DNA of 64,000 bases from an uncultured bacterium (GTDB taxonomy: Bacteria; Acidobacteriota; Aminicenantia; Aminicenantales; Saccharicenantaceae): positions 4,840 through 68,839 of the forward strand of contig CAWHBV010000023.1 in assembly GCA_963827635.1 (NCBI GenBank), written 5' to 3'. The notes under the pieces were generated by a model. The model saw nothing but the letters and a program-made list of their open reading frames with translations. It was not told the DNA's origin and did no database searches. A program made the translations under genes and the position numbers. Of the stretch, positions 17,714-27,356 are shown piece by piece; the first letter of the stretch is position 1; every line of letters begins with the position of its first letter.

Positions 17714-17977
17714 TTGTATCGGATCCGCTTCCTCGGCCGGGCCGTCGACGACCTCGCGGGTATCGGCCTCCCCCATCGAAGGCTCATCAAAGAAAAGCTC
17801 CTCATCCTGGCCGAGAATCCCGAAGCTCTCAAGAACAACATCAAGAGACTCGCGGGAGATCTCGACGGTCTCTATCGGCTGAGGGTGGGCAGCTACCGGG
17901 TCATATTCAAAAAGGACGGGAAGGAACTGATCATCCTCATCGTCCGCATCGGCCACCGGAAAGAAGTCTACCTTTAG
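17714..17977 (+). CDS. type II toxin, RelE/ParE family
   Basis: 87 aa with a TTG start 2 nt after the antitoxin stop. LYRLRVGSYRVIFKKDGKELIILIVRIGHRKEVY is the RelE/ParE C-terminal signature. Confidence 0.8.
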   Translation: MYRIRFLGRAVDDLAGIGLPHRRLIKEKLLILAENPEALKNNIKRLAGDLDGLYRLRVGSYRVIFKKDGKELIILIVRIGHRKEVYL

Positions 17978-18047
17978 CGATTTATTGCGACCCTGGTTTT
18001 ATTGGAATAAACTGCCGGTTCCGGCGTCCAAAGCTACGGAGGTGCTC

Positions 18048-19809
18048 ATGAAACCGACGACCCGAGCCCTGATCGCCCTGGCCGTTCTCGCGGCCGCGCT
18101 CCCCGTTCTCGCGCAAACCCCTCCGCCCGGCGGCTCCCAGGCCCCGCCGCAGGCCCCCCGCACCCCCATCAAGCCCCCCGCCGTGGCCCCGGTCCCGCCT
18201 CCGCCCCCGGCGCCGGCTTCGGGCCCCCGGACGACCGCCGAGGCGACCGACTACGCCGCGACGTCGACCTACTGCCGACGTCCTCGCCTTCATCCGCGAG
18301 CTCCAGAGGCTCTCGCCCCTCGTCCGCGTCGAGACGATCTGCACGACGACCGAGGGCCGGGACGTCCCCCTGCTCGTCGTCGGCAAGCCCCTGCCCCGGG
18401 ACCCGCTGGCCCTGCGCTACGACAAGCGCGCCGTCGTCTACGTCCAGGCCAACATCCACGCCGGCGAGGTCGAGGGCAAGGAAGCCGCCCTCATGCTCGT
18501 CCGGGACATCGTCCTCGACCCCAAGCTGCCTTACCTCGACAAGGTCGTCCTGCTCGTCGCGCCCGTCTTCAACGCCGACGGCAACGACAAGATGGACCCC
18601 CGCAACCGCATGGGCCAGGTCGGCCCGGAGAAGGGCTCCGGCGTCCGCCACAACGGCCAGAACCTCGACCTCAACCGGGACTCCATGAAGCTCGAGAGCC
18701 CGGAGATGCGGGGCCTCGTCCGCAACGTCCTCCTGCGCTGGGACCCGCTCCTGCTCGTCGACTGCCACACGACCGACGGCTCGTTCCACCAGGAGCCGGT
18801 GACCTACTCGTGGCCGCTCTGCCCGAACGGCGACCCGGCGGTCCTCAAGTACGCGCGCGACAAGATGCTGCCGGCGATCGACGCGACGCTCGAGAAGAAG
18901 TACGGCACGCTCTCCGTCCCCTACGGCGATCCCATGGATTTCCGGGACATGGAGAAGGGCTGGCGGACCTTCGGGCACCAGCCGCGCTACATGACCAACT
19001 ACATCGGCCTCCGCAACCGCCTCTCCATCCTCGACGAGAACTACAACTACGCCGACTTCCGGACCCGCGTCGCCGGCAATTACCACCTGCTCAAGGCCAT
19101 CCTCGACTACTGCGCCGCCAACGCCGCCGAGCTCCAGAAGCTCGTCGCCGACGCCGACGCCCGCACCGTCCAGGCCGGGCTCGCGCCCGCCGCGACCGAC
19201 ACCTTCGGCCTCGACATCGACGTCCAGCCGCTCCCCGGCAAGCTCTCCGTCCTCGGCTACGAGATGGAGGCCCCGTCCGAGCCCGCGCCCGGCGGCCAGG
19301 GCGCCCCGCCCTTCCCCCGGCTGCAGCCGACCGACAAGACCAAGACCTACGTCATGCCCTATTACGCCGATTTCGTCCCGAAGCGCTCCGTCCGGCTGCC
19401 CTTCGCCTACCTCGTCCCGCTCGCCGGGACCGAGGTCCTCGAGAAGCTCCGCCAGCACGGCCTCTCCGTCGAGCGCCTGACCGAGGCCGCGACGCTCGAG
19501 GTCGAGGCCTTCCGCCTCAAGGAGATCAAGGGGGCCGAGCGCCTCTACCAGGGGCACCGGACCAACACGGTCAAGGGCGAGTACGCCGTCGAGAAGCGGG
19601 AGTTCCCCAAGGGCACGCTCGTCGTCCGGACGGCCCAGCCCCTGGGGCGCCTGGCCGCCTACCTTCTCGAGCCGGAGAGCGACGACGGCCTGCTCGTCTG
19701 GAATTTTTTCGACCGGGACATCGTCAGCCAGTGGGGCCGCGGGGCGCAGACCTACCCGGCCTACAAGCTGTTGATCCCCGTGAACCTGGCCGCCGCCGGT
19801 GTCGATTGA
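18048..19809 (+). pseudogene. M14-family zinc carboxypeptidase, secreted, +1 frameshift near 18273
   Basis: ATG at 18048 follows GGAGG. The signal peptide and Pro-rich linker (to ...TDYAATSTY) are in one frame. The peptidase body (ADVLAFIRELQRL...VQANIHAGEVEG...NADGNDK...NRDSMKLESPE...DCHTTDGS) is in the next frame. Confidence 0.8.
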
Positions 19810-19819
19810 CTGCGGAGGC

Positions 19820-20641
19820 TTACTTCTTTTTCTTTTTGGCCGAGACCAGGTACTTGCCGCAGTTCTCGCAGACGTAGATGTCGTTGGAGTCTTCCATGGC
19901 CGAATACATCTGGGTCGAGATGTTGATGTTGCAGCCCTGGCAGACCCCGTCGATCGCGTCCGCGACGGCGAAGCCGTAGCGCTCCATCAGCCGGTCGAAC
20001 CGGGTGAGGAGGTCGCGGTCGAGCTCCTCCCGGATCATGGCCGCCTGCTTCTGGAATTCCTTCTGCTGGTCCTTCGTCCCCTTCTTCTTCCGGAGCTCGA
20101 GCTCCTGGAGCTTCTTGAGCAGGCGGGCCCGGCTGACGATCTTCTCCTCGTGGACGAACCTGAACTCGATCGCGGAGAGGAGCTCGTAGAGCTCGGCCTT
20201 GTCCTTGGCCGTCTGGATGCGGCCGCGGTTCTCGGCCCGGATGAGGAAGCGGGCCAGCCCGGCGAAGAGGTGGTTGAACAGGCCGGGCAGCGTCGGGTTC
20301 CAGACCACGAGGATGATCAGGTGGACCTTCTGGCCGTCGTGGGCGTCGAAGTCGATGCCCTTGTCCGACCGGCCGACGGCGACGGCGATCTCGCCTCCGG
20401 CGTCGACGCGGGCGTGCGGCAGGGCGACGCCCGAGCCGATGGCCGTGGACACGAGGTTCTCGCGGTCGATGATGCGGGTCAGCAGGAGCTTCTTGTTCTC
20501 GATGAGCTTCTGCTTGGCCAGGACGTCCAGGAGTTCCTCGATGGCCTCGACCTTGTCCTTGCTCTTGAGGTCGAAGACGACCTGGGCGGGGGTGAGATAA
20601 TCCGAAAAGCGGGAATGACGAGGAGCGGGTTTGATCTCCAT
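19820..20641 (-). CDS. PTS EIIA(Ntr)-type domain fused to a coiled coil and a C4 zinc ribbon (COG1579/zf-RING_7-like)
   Basis: The N-terminal 150 aa are PtsN-like (LVSTAIGSGVALPHARV). The C-terminus has a coiled coil and then CQGCNINIS...VCENCGKYLV. Confidence 0.7.
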   Translation of the reverse strand: MEIKPAPRHSRFSDYLTPAQVVFDLKSKDKVEAIEELLDVLAKQKLIENKKLLLTRIIDRENLVSTAIGSGVALPHARVDAGGEIAVAVGRSDKGIDFDAHDGQKVHLIILVVWNPTLPGLFNHLFAGLARFLIRAENRGRIQTAKDKAELYELLSAIEFRFVHEEKIVSRARLLKKLQELELRKKKGTKDQQKEFQKQAAMIREELDRDLLTRFDRLMERYGFAVADAIDGVCQGCNINISTQMYSAMEDSNDIYVCENCGKYLVSAKKKKK

Positions 20642-20682
20642 TACCGCCGGAGTCTAACACACTCCCCGAAAAAATCCAAGGC

Positions 20683-22305
20683 TCAGGGCGACCGCTTGAA
20701 CGAGCTCGTCGGGACGAACTGGGGCAGGTCCGCGCGCTCCTGGAGCAGGGCGACGATCTCCACGGCCCAGCCGGTGAGCTGGAGCGTCCCCCGCAGGTCC
20801 CAGTCGGGCTGGATCTCGTCGGTCACCTTGTGGTATTTGGTCGCCCGGTAGTCCTCGAATTTCCTCTGGACGAGGCCCTTGTCGGCGCCCCGGGAGACGA
20901 TCCCCTGACTGAGCCAGGCCGCGGGGATGCCGGCCCGGGCGAACGAGATCTGGTCCGAGCGGTAGAAGAAGCCGAGCTCGCCGTTGCGCTCCGCCGTGTA
21001 GCGCAGGCCCAGCTTCGCGGCCGCCTCCGCGGCGATCGCGTCGAGGTCGGAGTGCCGGGCCCCGATGGCGTAGACGTCCTCGGTCTCGCCCCAGACGTTG
21101 GTCATCTCGTAGTTGATGTTGGCGACCGCCGCGTCCTTGGGGAACGGCAGGTGCCGGGCGAAATAGGCCGAGCCGAGGACGAGCTGTTCCTCGGCGGTCA
21201 CGGCGACGAAGCACAGATCGTTCTTGAGCTTGTCCGGGCGCTGGGCGAAATAGCCCGCGGTGGCCAGCAGGGCGGCCGAGGCCGAGCAGTTGTCGACCGC
21301 GCCGTTGTAGATCTGATCGCCCTGGAGCGTCTCGTCCTTGCCGAAATGATCGTAATGGGCGGAGAAGACGATCGTCCGCTTCGTCGCTTCGGGGTGTCCG
21401 GCCCGGAGGATGCCGGCGACGTTGACGCCGTCGACCGTCCGGTAGACCCGGTGCTGGCGGACGGTCGCCGTGAGGCCGAGCGGGACGGGGGCGAATTCCG
21501 GCGTTTCGGCCCGGTCGCGGAGGACCTTGCGGTCGAGCTTGGCGGCGGCCAGGATGCGGTCGGCCGTCTCGCCGCCGATCCAGCCCTCGAAGAGGAGCCG
21601 GGGGTTCCGGTCGGGATCGAAGAAGCTCTCGTTCGCCCAGGACGCCCGAAGGACGTCCCAGCCGTAGGCCGCGCCCTTGGTGTCGTGGATGATGAGGACG
21701 CCGGCGGCGCCGAGCTCGGTCGCCTTCTCGTACTTGTAGGGCCAGCGGCCGTAGTAGGTCATGTCCTCGCCGTCGAAGACGCCGCCCGGGCGGTTGCCCG
21801 GCTCGTTGACCTCGACGAGCAGGACCTTGCCCGCGACGTCCATCCCCTTGAGGTCGTCCCACTGCCGTTCGGGCGCCTGGACGAGGTAGCCGCAGTAGAC
21901 GAGCTCGCCCGTCGCTTCGGGCGGGCAGTCCTCCCGCTCGGTCCGGAGGACGACCTCGTCCCAGAGCGCCGGCGCGAGCGAGACGCCCGGGCCCGCGATC
22001 TCGAGCGACGCCTGCGGATCGGGCCGCGAGCCCTTCAGCGGGAACGTCTGGCGGTAGCTCGTCCCGAACGCGGGCTGGAGGCCCATCCTGCGGAAATAGT
22101 CCTCGTGATATTGGGCGGCCAGCTCGATCCCCCGCGTGCCCACGGCCCGGCCTTCCAGCTGGTCGCTCGAGAGGTAGCGGATGTGGGCCGCGAGCTCGTC
22201 GACCGTGATGGCCTCCATCCGGTCGCGGGAGCCCTGGCACGACCCAACGGCCAGAAGCGCGGCCGCTCCGGCGAGGCAGGCGATGCGGGCGGAATTGATC
22301 TTCAT
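20683..22305 (-). CDS. M28-family aminopeptidase with PA domain, secreted
   Basis: ATG at 22305 follows GGAGGG, with signal MKINSARIACLAGAAALLAVGSC. Motifs YHEDYFRRMGL, FSAHYDHFG, GAVDNCSASAALL and FVAVTAEEQ are present. The longer 747-aa track ORF is an upstream extension. Confidence 0.8.
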   Translation of the reverse strand: MKINSARIACLAGAAALLAVGSCQGSRDRMEAITVDELAAHIRYLSSDQLEGRAVGTRGIELAAQYHEDYFRRMGLQPAFGTSYRQTFPLKGSRPDPQASLEIAGPGVSLAPALWDEVVLRTEREDCPPEATGELVYCGYLVQAPERQWDDLKGMDVAGKVLLVEVNEPGNRPGGVFDGEDMTYYGRWPYKYEKATELGAAGVLIIHDTKGAAYGWDVLRASWANESFFDPDRNPRLLFEGWIGGETADRILAAAKLDRKVLRDRAETPEFAPVPLGLTATVRQHRVYRTVDGVNVAGILRAGHPEATKRTIVFSAHYDHFGKDETLQGDQIYNGAVDNCSASAALLATAGYFAQRPDKLKNDLCFVAVTAEEQLVLGSAYFARHLPFPKDAAVANINYEMTNVWGETEDVYAIGARHSDLDAIAAEAAAKLGLRYTAERNGELGFFYRSDQISFARAGIPAAWLSQGIVSRGADKGLVQRKFEDYRATKYHKVTDEIQPDWDLRGTLQLTGWAVEIVALLQERADLPQFVPTSSFKRSP

Positions 22306-22458
22306 CGGTCCCTCCAAGCGAGGAATGATGTCCGGCCGGGAATATACCATAAAAACCGGTCCGGCTCCCGATCCGGGATGTCCGGAAGGTTGACCGGGGC
22401 GCTCCTTTGGCCTAACATGGGTTCTCGCGGCCGGAAAGGCCGGAGAAAGGAGCCGTCC

Positions 22459-23067
22459 ATGTCGCATCTTCATAGATCCGCCGCGGTCCTCGCCGCCGCC
22501 GTCCTCGTCCTCCTCCCCGTCACGCTCACGAGCCAGACCCCGGAAGCCAAGGCCGAACTCCCCGTCCTGGTCACGTCCTGCGGACAGAGCATCGGACCGA
22601 CGACGATCAAGGTCGTCCTGCAGCGGCTCAAGCTGGCGTACGAGATCGACCCGCTGGCGACGCCGGAAACCCTCCAGGCCAAGGCCAAGGCGGGCACGCC
22701 CTACAAGTCGCTCATCATCACCATGGGGGCGAGCCTCAAGGGCATGGGCGCGGCCGGCATCGAGATCGACGACGAGCTGGCCCGGGCGACCGCCCTCATC
22801 GCCGAGGCCAAGAAGCAGGGGATCAAGGTCATCGGCGCCCACATCGAGGGCATGAAGCGGCGCTCCCAGGGCGCCGCGGCCGGCGACACGACCGACGAGC
22901 AGTCGATCGACGCCGTGGCCCCCCACTCGGCCATCCTCCTCGTCCTGAAGGACGGGAATTCCGACGGCCGCTTCACCGTCATCTCCGAAGCCAAGAAGAT
23001 CCCCCTCGTCGAATTCGAAAAGACGGTGGATCTCATCCCCGCCCTGGAGAAGCTGTTCGCGAAGTAG
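22459..23067 (+). CDS. exported hypothetical protein
   Basis: ATG at 22459 follows AAAGGAG. It has a signal peptide, 202 aa and strong GC3 coding bias. I recognise no confident family. Confidence 0.5.
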   Translation: MSHLHRSAAVLAAAVLVLLPVTLTSQTPEAKAELPVLVTSCGQSIGPTTIKVVLQRLKLAYEIDPLATPETLQAKAKAGTPYKSLIITMGASLKGMGAAGIEIDDELARATALIAEAKKQGIKVIGAHIEGMKRRSQGAAAGDTTDEQSIDAVAPHSAILLVLKDGNSDGRFTVISEAKKIPLVEFEKTVDLIPALEKLFAK

Positions 23068-23071
23068 CCGC

Positions 23072-25163
23072 CTATTTCTTCTTGACGGTGACGAGGCCGA
23101 CCTTCTCCTGGACGCCCACCCATGTCTCGACCTCGAGGAGGTCGAGCGGCTCGAACTCGGCCGAGGCCGCGTCGCGGATGTCGAGGATCGAGCGCTTCCC
23201 GTCGATGAAGTTCCGGAGCTCCATCTCGGCCATCTGGATGGACGGAGGCGCCTGGTAGCCGAGCTTCCGGAACTCCTCGCGCAGGCCCCACATCGCCATC
23301 ATGCCTCCCATCTTCTCCGTCCGGACGGGCACGAGCCCGGCCAGCCGGATCTCGTCCTTGGTCGGCGCCGGCTTCGCCGGCCGGAACGCCCAGGCTCCGG
23401 CAGCGCGCGGCGTAGAGATCGTCGATCGTCCTGAGGTGACTGGCCCGGACGGCGTCGAGATCGGCCAGGCGGCCGGCCAGGATCCGTTCGGCGGCGGCGT
23501 CCTTGCCGACGAAGAAGCGGACCGAGGCCAGGGTCTCCTTCTCCCGGACGAAGCCCTGTTCGACGATGACGCGGGCGTCCCTGTAAGCGGCTGAAACGGT
23601 CCCGGCGTCGGATCCCGACACCAGCCGCTCGGCCCGGGCCCGGTCGGCGCCGAGCCGGCCGCCCTGGCGGGCGGAGATCTCGGCCATCATCCGCACGGCC
23701 TCGTCCGGCCCGGCGTTGGCCAGGAACTCGGCGGCGGCCGCGGAGATGGTCACGATCCTCTTGAACTGCGTCGCGTCGGACTTGTCGGGCGTGTCGCCGC
23801 TCGAGTGGTACCACTGGTCGGGCCAGACGATCATCAGGACGGCCGGGATGCGGACGCTGCCGTCGACGAAGACGTCGTGATCGCTCCCGCCGGAGTAGCG
23901 CTCGACCAGGAAGTAGAAGGGATCGCGCGAGCCGGTCGGCGCCAGCACGCCGCCCGACCGCCAGCCCGTCTCCTGGGCGTCCCGCTGCGAATCGCCCATC
24001 CACTCGTAGTAGGAGGCCATGACGTCGTTGAGGTAGGTCGGCAGCGACCACGGGGTCTGGTTGAGGCGGTTGAAGCTCCGGTTCATGATCAGGCCCTCGC
24101 CGACCATGTCCAGGTTGATGTTGGCGAAGATCTTCTTCCGGATGTCCGGGTTGAGGCCGAGGTAGGCCGCCGTCCCCGAGATCTCGGGCACGAACAGGAA
24201 GCGGACGGACCGCTTGAGCGGCGGGATCCGGCCTTCGGCGACGAGCTTCCGCAGCACCCGGGCGGTCTCCAGGATGGCCGTGCAGCCGGAGGCGTTGTCG
24301 TTGGCCCCCTGCTTGGCCCAGCCCTCGTAGAGGTGGGCGGTGAAGACGAGCTCCTCGTCGGGACGCTCGGTCCCCTTGATCAGGGCGACCGTCAGCTGGT
24401 CCTTGTAGTCCGCGACGGTCTGGGTCTTGACGACGGCCCGGACGACGATCTTGCGGCCGCGCTCCAGGGCGTCCCGGAGGTCCTGGCCCTGCCGTTGCGA
24501 TACCGTGAAGCCGAACGTCGCCCGGTCCCCCGGCCCGAGGCGCAGGCCGTTCCAGCCGACCTCGTCCCGGTCGAACTCGGGATGGCTCGAGGCCCAGCCC
24601 ACGAGGCCCGCGGCGCCGTATTTCTGCACGCCCAGCCGCCGGGCCCTCTCGGGCGCTCCGTTGACCAGCAGGATCTTGCCCTCGACGTCCCTGTCCTTGT
24701 AGAACTCCTCGCGGTCGCCCGGCCCGACGTAGACGAGCTCGGCCGTCGTGTCCGTCGTCGCGCTGCCCGAGCAGAGCGAGGCCGGCACGTCGTCGAGGTC
24801 GGCGATCTTGGCGAGCTCCGGTTCGACGGTCCACAGCTCGGCCGATTCCGCGTCCCAGGTCGTCCCGCCCTCGACGGGGAGGTCGAGGGTGAAGGAGTCC
24901 TCGAGCCCGTATTCGCGGAGCTTTTCGAGGATGAACGCGGACTCGAAATACCCGCTCCGGTATTCGTCGGCCTTGCGGTTCCGGTTGACCCCGGTGAGAT
25001 GGATCTCGTTCTGGAGGGCCCGCTCGCCGGAGGCCTCGTTGACGATGGCCCGCAGGACCTCCGGAGAGCTCGGCGCCGGCCGGGGCGGGGTGTCCTGGAC
25101 GACGGCGGGGACGAGCCCGGCCAGGACGAGGATGAGGACGGCGAGGTGCGGGATGCGCTTCAT
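23072..25163 (-). pseudogene. M28-family peptidase with PA domain, secreted, +1 frameshift near 23393
   Basis: The signal MKRIPHLAVLILVLAG and the M28 body (FTAHLYEGWAKQGANDNASGCTAILE, NLDMVGEG, SGGSDHDVF) are present. After ...DDLYAARCRS the C-terminus WAFRPAKPAPTKDEIRLAGLVPVRTEKMGGMMAMWGLREEF...VTVKKK (ORF 23072-23332) continues in the next frame. Confidence 0.75.
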
Positions 25164-25257
25164 GAGGGCCTCCTGGAACGCGATGAGGGACGCATTATAC
25201 CCCCTCCGGGCGCCGTTGTGCTACAATACCGCCACGCTACGGGAAGGAGGTCCGGCC

Positions 25258-25830
25258 ATGATCGCCACGGAAACCGCCAAGACGGTCCTGCTCGTCCTGT
25301 TCGGTCTCTGCATCCTCTGGATCGTCGTCATCATCGTCAAGAACGACATGCAGACGATCGTCCGCGCCCTCATCGTCGCGGCCCTCGTGGGCCTGGGGCT
25401 CTACTACGTCGACCAGACCAAGCTCGAGACCCTGTCCTTCACGGCCGTCAAGGAGGAGCTCTTCCCGGTCAAGGCCCGGGCCTACACCTTCGACAAGCGC
25501 GAGAGCTTCGTCGCCGGGACCTCGACCACGGCCTACATCTTCGACGATCCCGGGCCGCCGCTCTCCCTGGCCATGACCGACGGCGGCAAGTACATGACCA
25601 TCAAGGACGTCCGGTCGGTCAACGTCGTCCTGGAATACCTCGGGCTGCCGCCGGTCGCGGAAGGCGTGGCCGAGCTGGCCTCCCTCACCGGCCGGACCAT
25701 CGACGCCGACAAATTCCGCTGGGACGACTACGAGAGGGGCGTGCTCCTGCTCGAGCGGGGCATCTGCCGCGACATGACCTCGGCCCAGACGTTCACGTGC
25801 ATCGCCCGGATCACCGTCATGGCCCGTTGA
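25258..25830 (+). CDS. membrane-anchored hypothetical protein
   Basis: ATG at 25258 follows GGAAGGAGG and an extended -10 (TGCTACAAT, 25219-25227). It has two N-terminal TM helices and 190 aa. Confidence 0.5.
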   Translation: MIATETAKTVLLVLFGLCILWIVVIIVKNDMQTIVRALIVAALVGLGLYYVDQTKLETLSFTAVKEELFPVKARAYTFDKRESFVAGTSTTAYIFDDPGPPLSLAMTDGGKYMTIKDVRSVNVVLEYLGLPPVAEGVAELASLTGRTIDADKFRWDDYERGVLLLERGICRDMTSAQTFTCIARITVMAR

Positions 25831-25906
25831 GGGCGGCGCGGGGCCTTGCAAAATCCGCGGGCTTGTCCTAGAGTATCGCTTCACCTTCGAAAGGAGCCCC
25901 GAACGC

Positions 25907-27199
25907 ATGAGCGCGACGACAGCGGCCACCCTGGTCCTGGCCGTCATGGTCGCCGCCTTCATCGTCGCCAAGCTCCTCAAGGTCTCGACCGAGCTGTCGC
26001 TCTTCGCGGCCGCCCTGGCCGGCTCGCTCGCCGGGGGCACCGGCATCCCGGCCCGGCACATCGTCGAGGGGGCCTTCACCTACTTCGACATCGTCCTCAT
26101 CTTCGTCACGGCCACGCTGTTCATGAACCTGCTCAAGGAATCGGGGGCGGCCGCGTTCGCCGTCCGGGCCATCGTCCGCCGCTTCCACCGGCACAAGGCC
26201 CCGCTCTTCGTCCTGCTGGCCCTGCTCCTCCTCGTGCCCGGGGCGCTGACCGGGGCCGGCAGCGTGACCGTCCTCATCATGGGCGGCATGGCCGCCACGA
26301 TCCTGGGCACCATGGACATCCCCGGGCCCAAGATCGCGGCCATCATCTTCGTCATCGCCGGGCTGAGCGCCGCCGCCCCGCCCGTCAACCTCTGGGCCAT
26401 GCTGACGGCCGCGGGCGTCAACATGCCCTACGTCGGGTTCTTCCTGCCGCTCCTCGTCCCGTGCGTCCTCCTCGCCCTCCTGACGATCTTCATCCTGGGG
26501 GCCCGCGCGAAGCCGGTCGACCTGGCCAAGGCCATGGCCGAGCTGCCCGAGGCGCCGGCGAAGATGAGCTGGCTCCGCGTGGCGGTCCCCTTCGTCGTCT
26601 TCTTCCTCCTCGTCGTCGCCGGCCGGGCCTTCCCCTTCGACGTGCCCGTGCTCGGCCTGCCGCTGATGTTCGCCGCGGCCGCGGCGGCCGCGTGGGCCCT
26701 GTCGCCCGTCCGCCTCGACGTCCTCAAGGTCTCCCGGGAGACCGTCCGCCAGCTCCTGCCCCTCATCGGGACGCTGACCTGCGCCGGGATCCTCGTCCAG
26801 ATCATGGCCCTGACCGGCGTCCGCGGCCTCATCGCCATCACCACGGTGACCCTGCCCGTGACGGTCGTCTTCCTGACGCTCTTCGTGACGCTGCCCGTGT
26901 CCGAGGCCGTGCTGATGTGGGGCGCGGCGCCCGTGCTGGGCGTGCCGCTCGTCCTTCTCTTCAACACGATCGGCCTCGACCCGGTCGTGGCCCTGGCCGG
27001 GATGAGCGTCATCTGGCCGCTCGGCGACGCCATTCCGCCGACGGCCATCATCGGCCGTCTGACCACGGCCACCGTGGGCCTGAAGGAGCCGTACGGGAAA
27101 TTCCTGAGATACTGTCTCGTGCCGGCGGTCCTCATCGCCGTCGTCGGGACGCTGATGGTCGTCTTCAGCAAGAAACTGTCGTTCCTGACGGTGTTTTGA
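25907..27199 (+). CDS. polytopic permease of the ion-transporter superfamily (GntP/DctM-like); substrate unknown
   Basis: 430-aa highly hydrophobic ORF with about 12 predicted TM segments. The family assignment rests only on general resemblance. Confidence 0.55.
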   Translation: MSATTAATLVLAVMVAAFIVAKLLKVSTELSLFAAALAGSLAGGTGIPARHIVEGAFTYFDIVLIFVTATLFMNLLKESGAAAFAVRAIVRRFHRHKAPLFVLLALLLLVPGALTGAGSVTVLIMGGMAATILGTMDIPGPKIAAIIFVIAGLSAAAPPVNLWAMLTAAGVNMPYVGFFLPLLVPCVLLALLTIFILGARAKPVDLAKAMAELPEAPAKMSWLRVAVPFVVFFLLVVAGRAFPFDVPVLGLPLMFAAAAAAAWALSPVRLDVLKVSRETVRQLLPLIGTLTCAGILVQIMALTGVRGLIAITTVTLPVTVVFLTLFVTLPVSEAVLMWGAAPVLGVPLVLLFNTIGLDPVVALAGMSVIWPLGDAIPPTAIIGRLTTATVGLKEPYGKFLRYCLVPAVLIAVVGTLMVVFSKKLSFLTVF

Positions 27200-27200
27200 C

Positions 27201-27356
27201 ATGGCGACCGTCGTGACCCTGTTCTACTATCTGCTGACCGCTTACGTCGCCTTCCTGCTGGTCGGGAATTTCCTGAAGCGGAAGAACTGGCAGGAGGAGG
27301 CGCTCACGATCATCGTGCTCCTCCCGTTCCTCCTGCGCCTGCTGAGGCTGAAATGA
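27201..27356 (+). CDS. small two-TM membrane protein (51 aa), absent from the ORF track
   Basis: ATG at 27201 lies 1 nt after the permease stop, and its stop overlaps the next ATG (ATGA at 27353). Sequence: MATVVTLFYYLLTAYVAFLLVGNFLKRKNWQEEALTIIVLLPFLLRLLRLK. GC3 bias matches that of the neighbouring genes. Confidence 0.5.
   Translation: MATVVTLFYYLLTAYVAFLLVGNFLKRKNWQEEALTIIVLLPFLLRLLRLK

Noticed and set aside
17343-18047. Mobile genetic element around the toxin-antitoxin pair
   Set aside because: I found no integrase, transposase, flanking direct or inverted repeats, or tRNA target. Only the compositional shift is seen, and it is reported as a low-interest finding.
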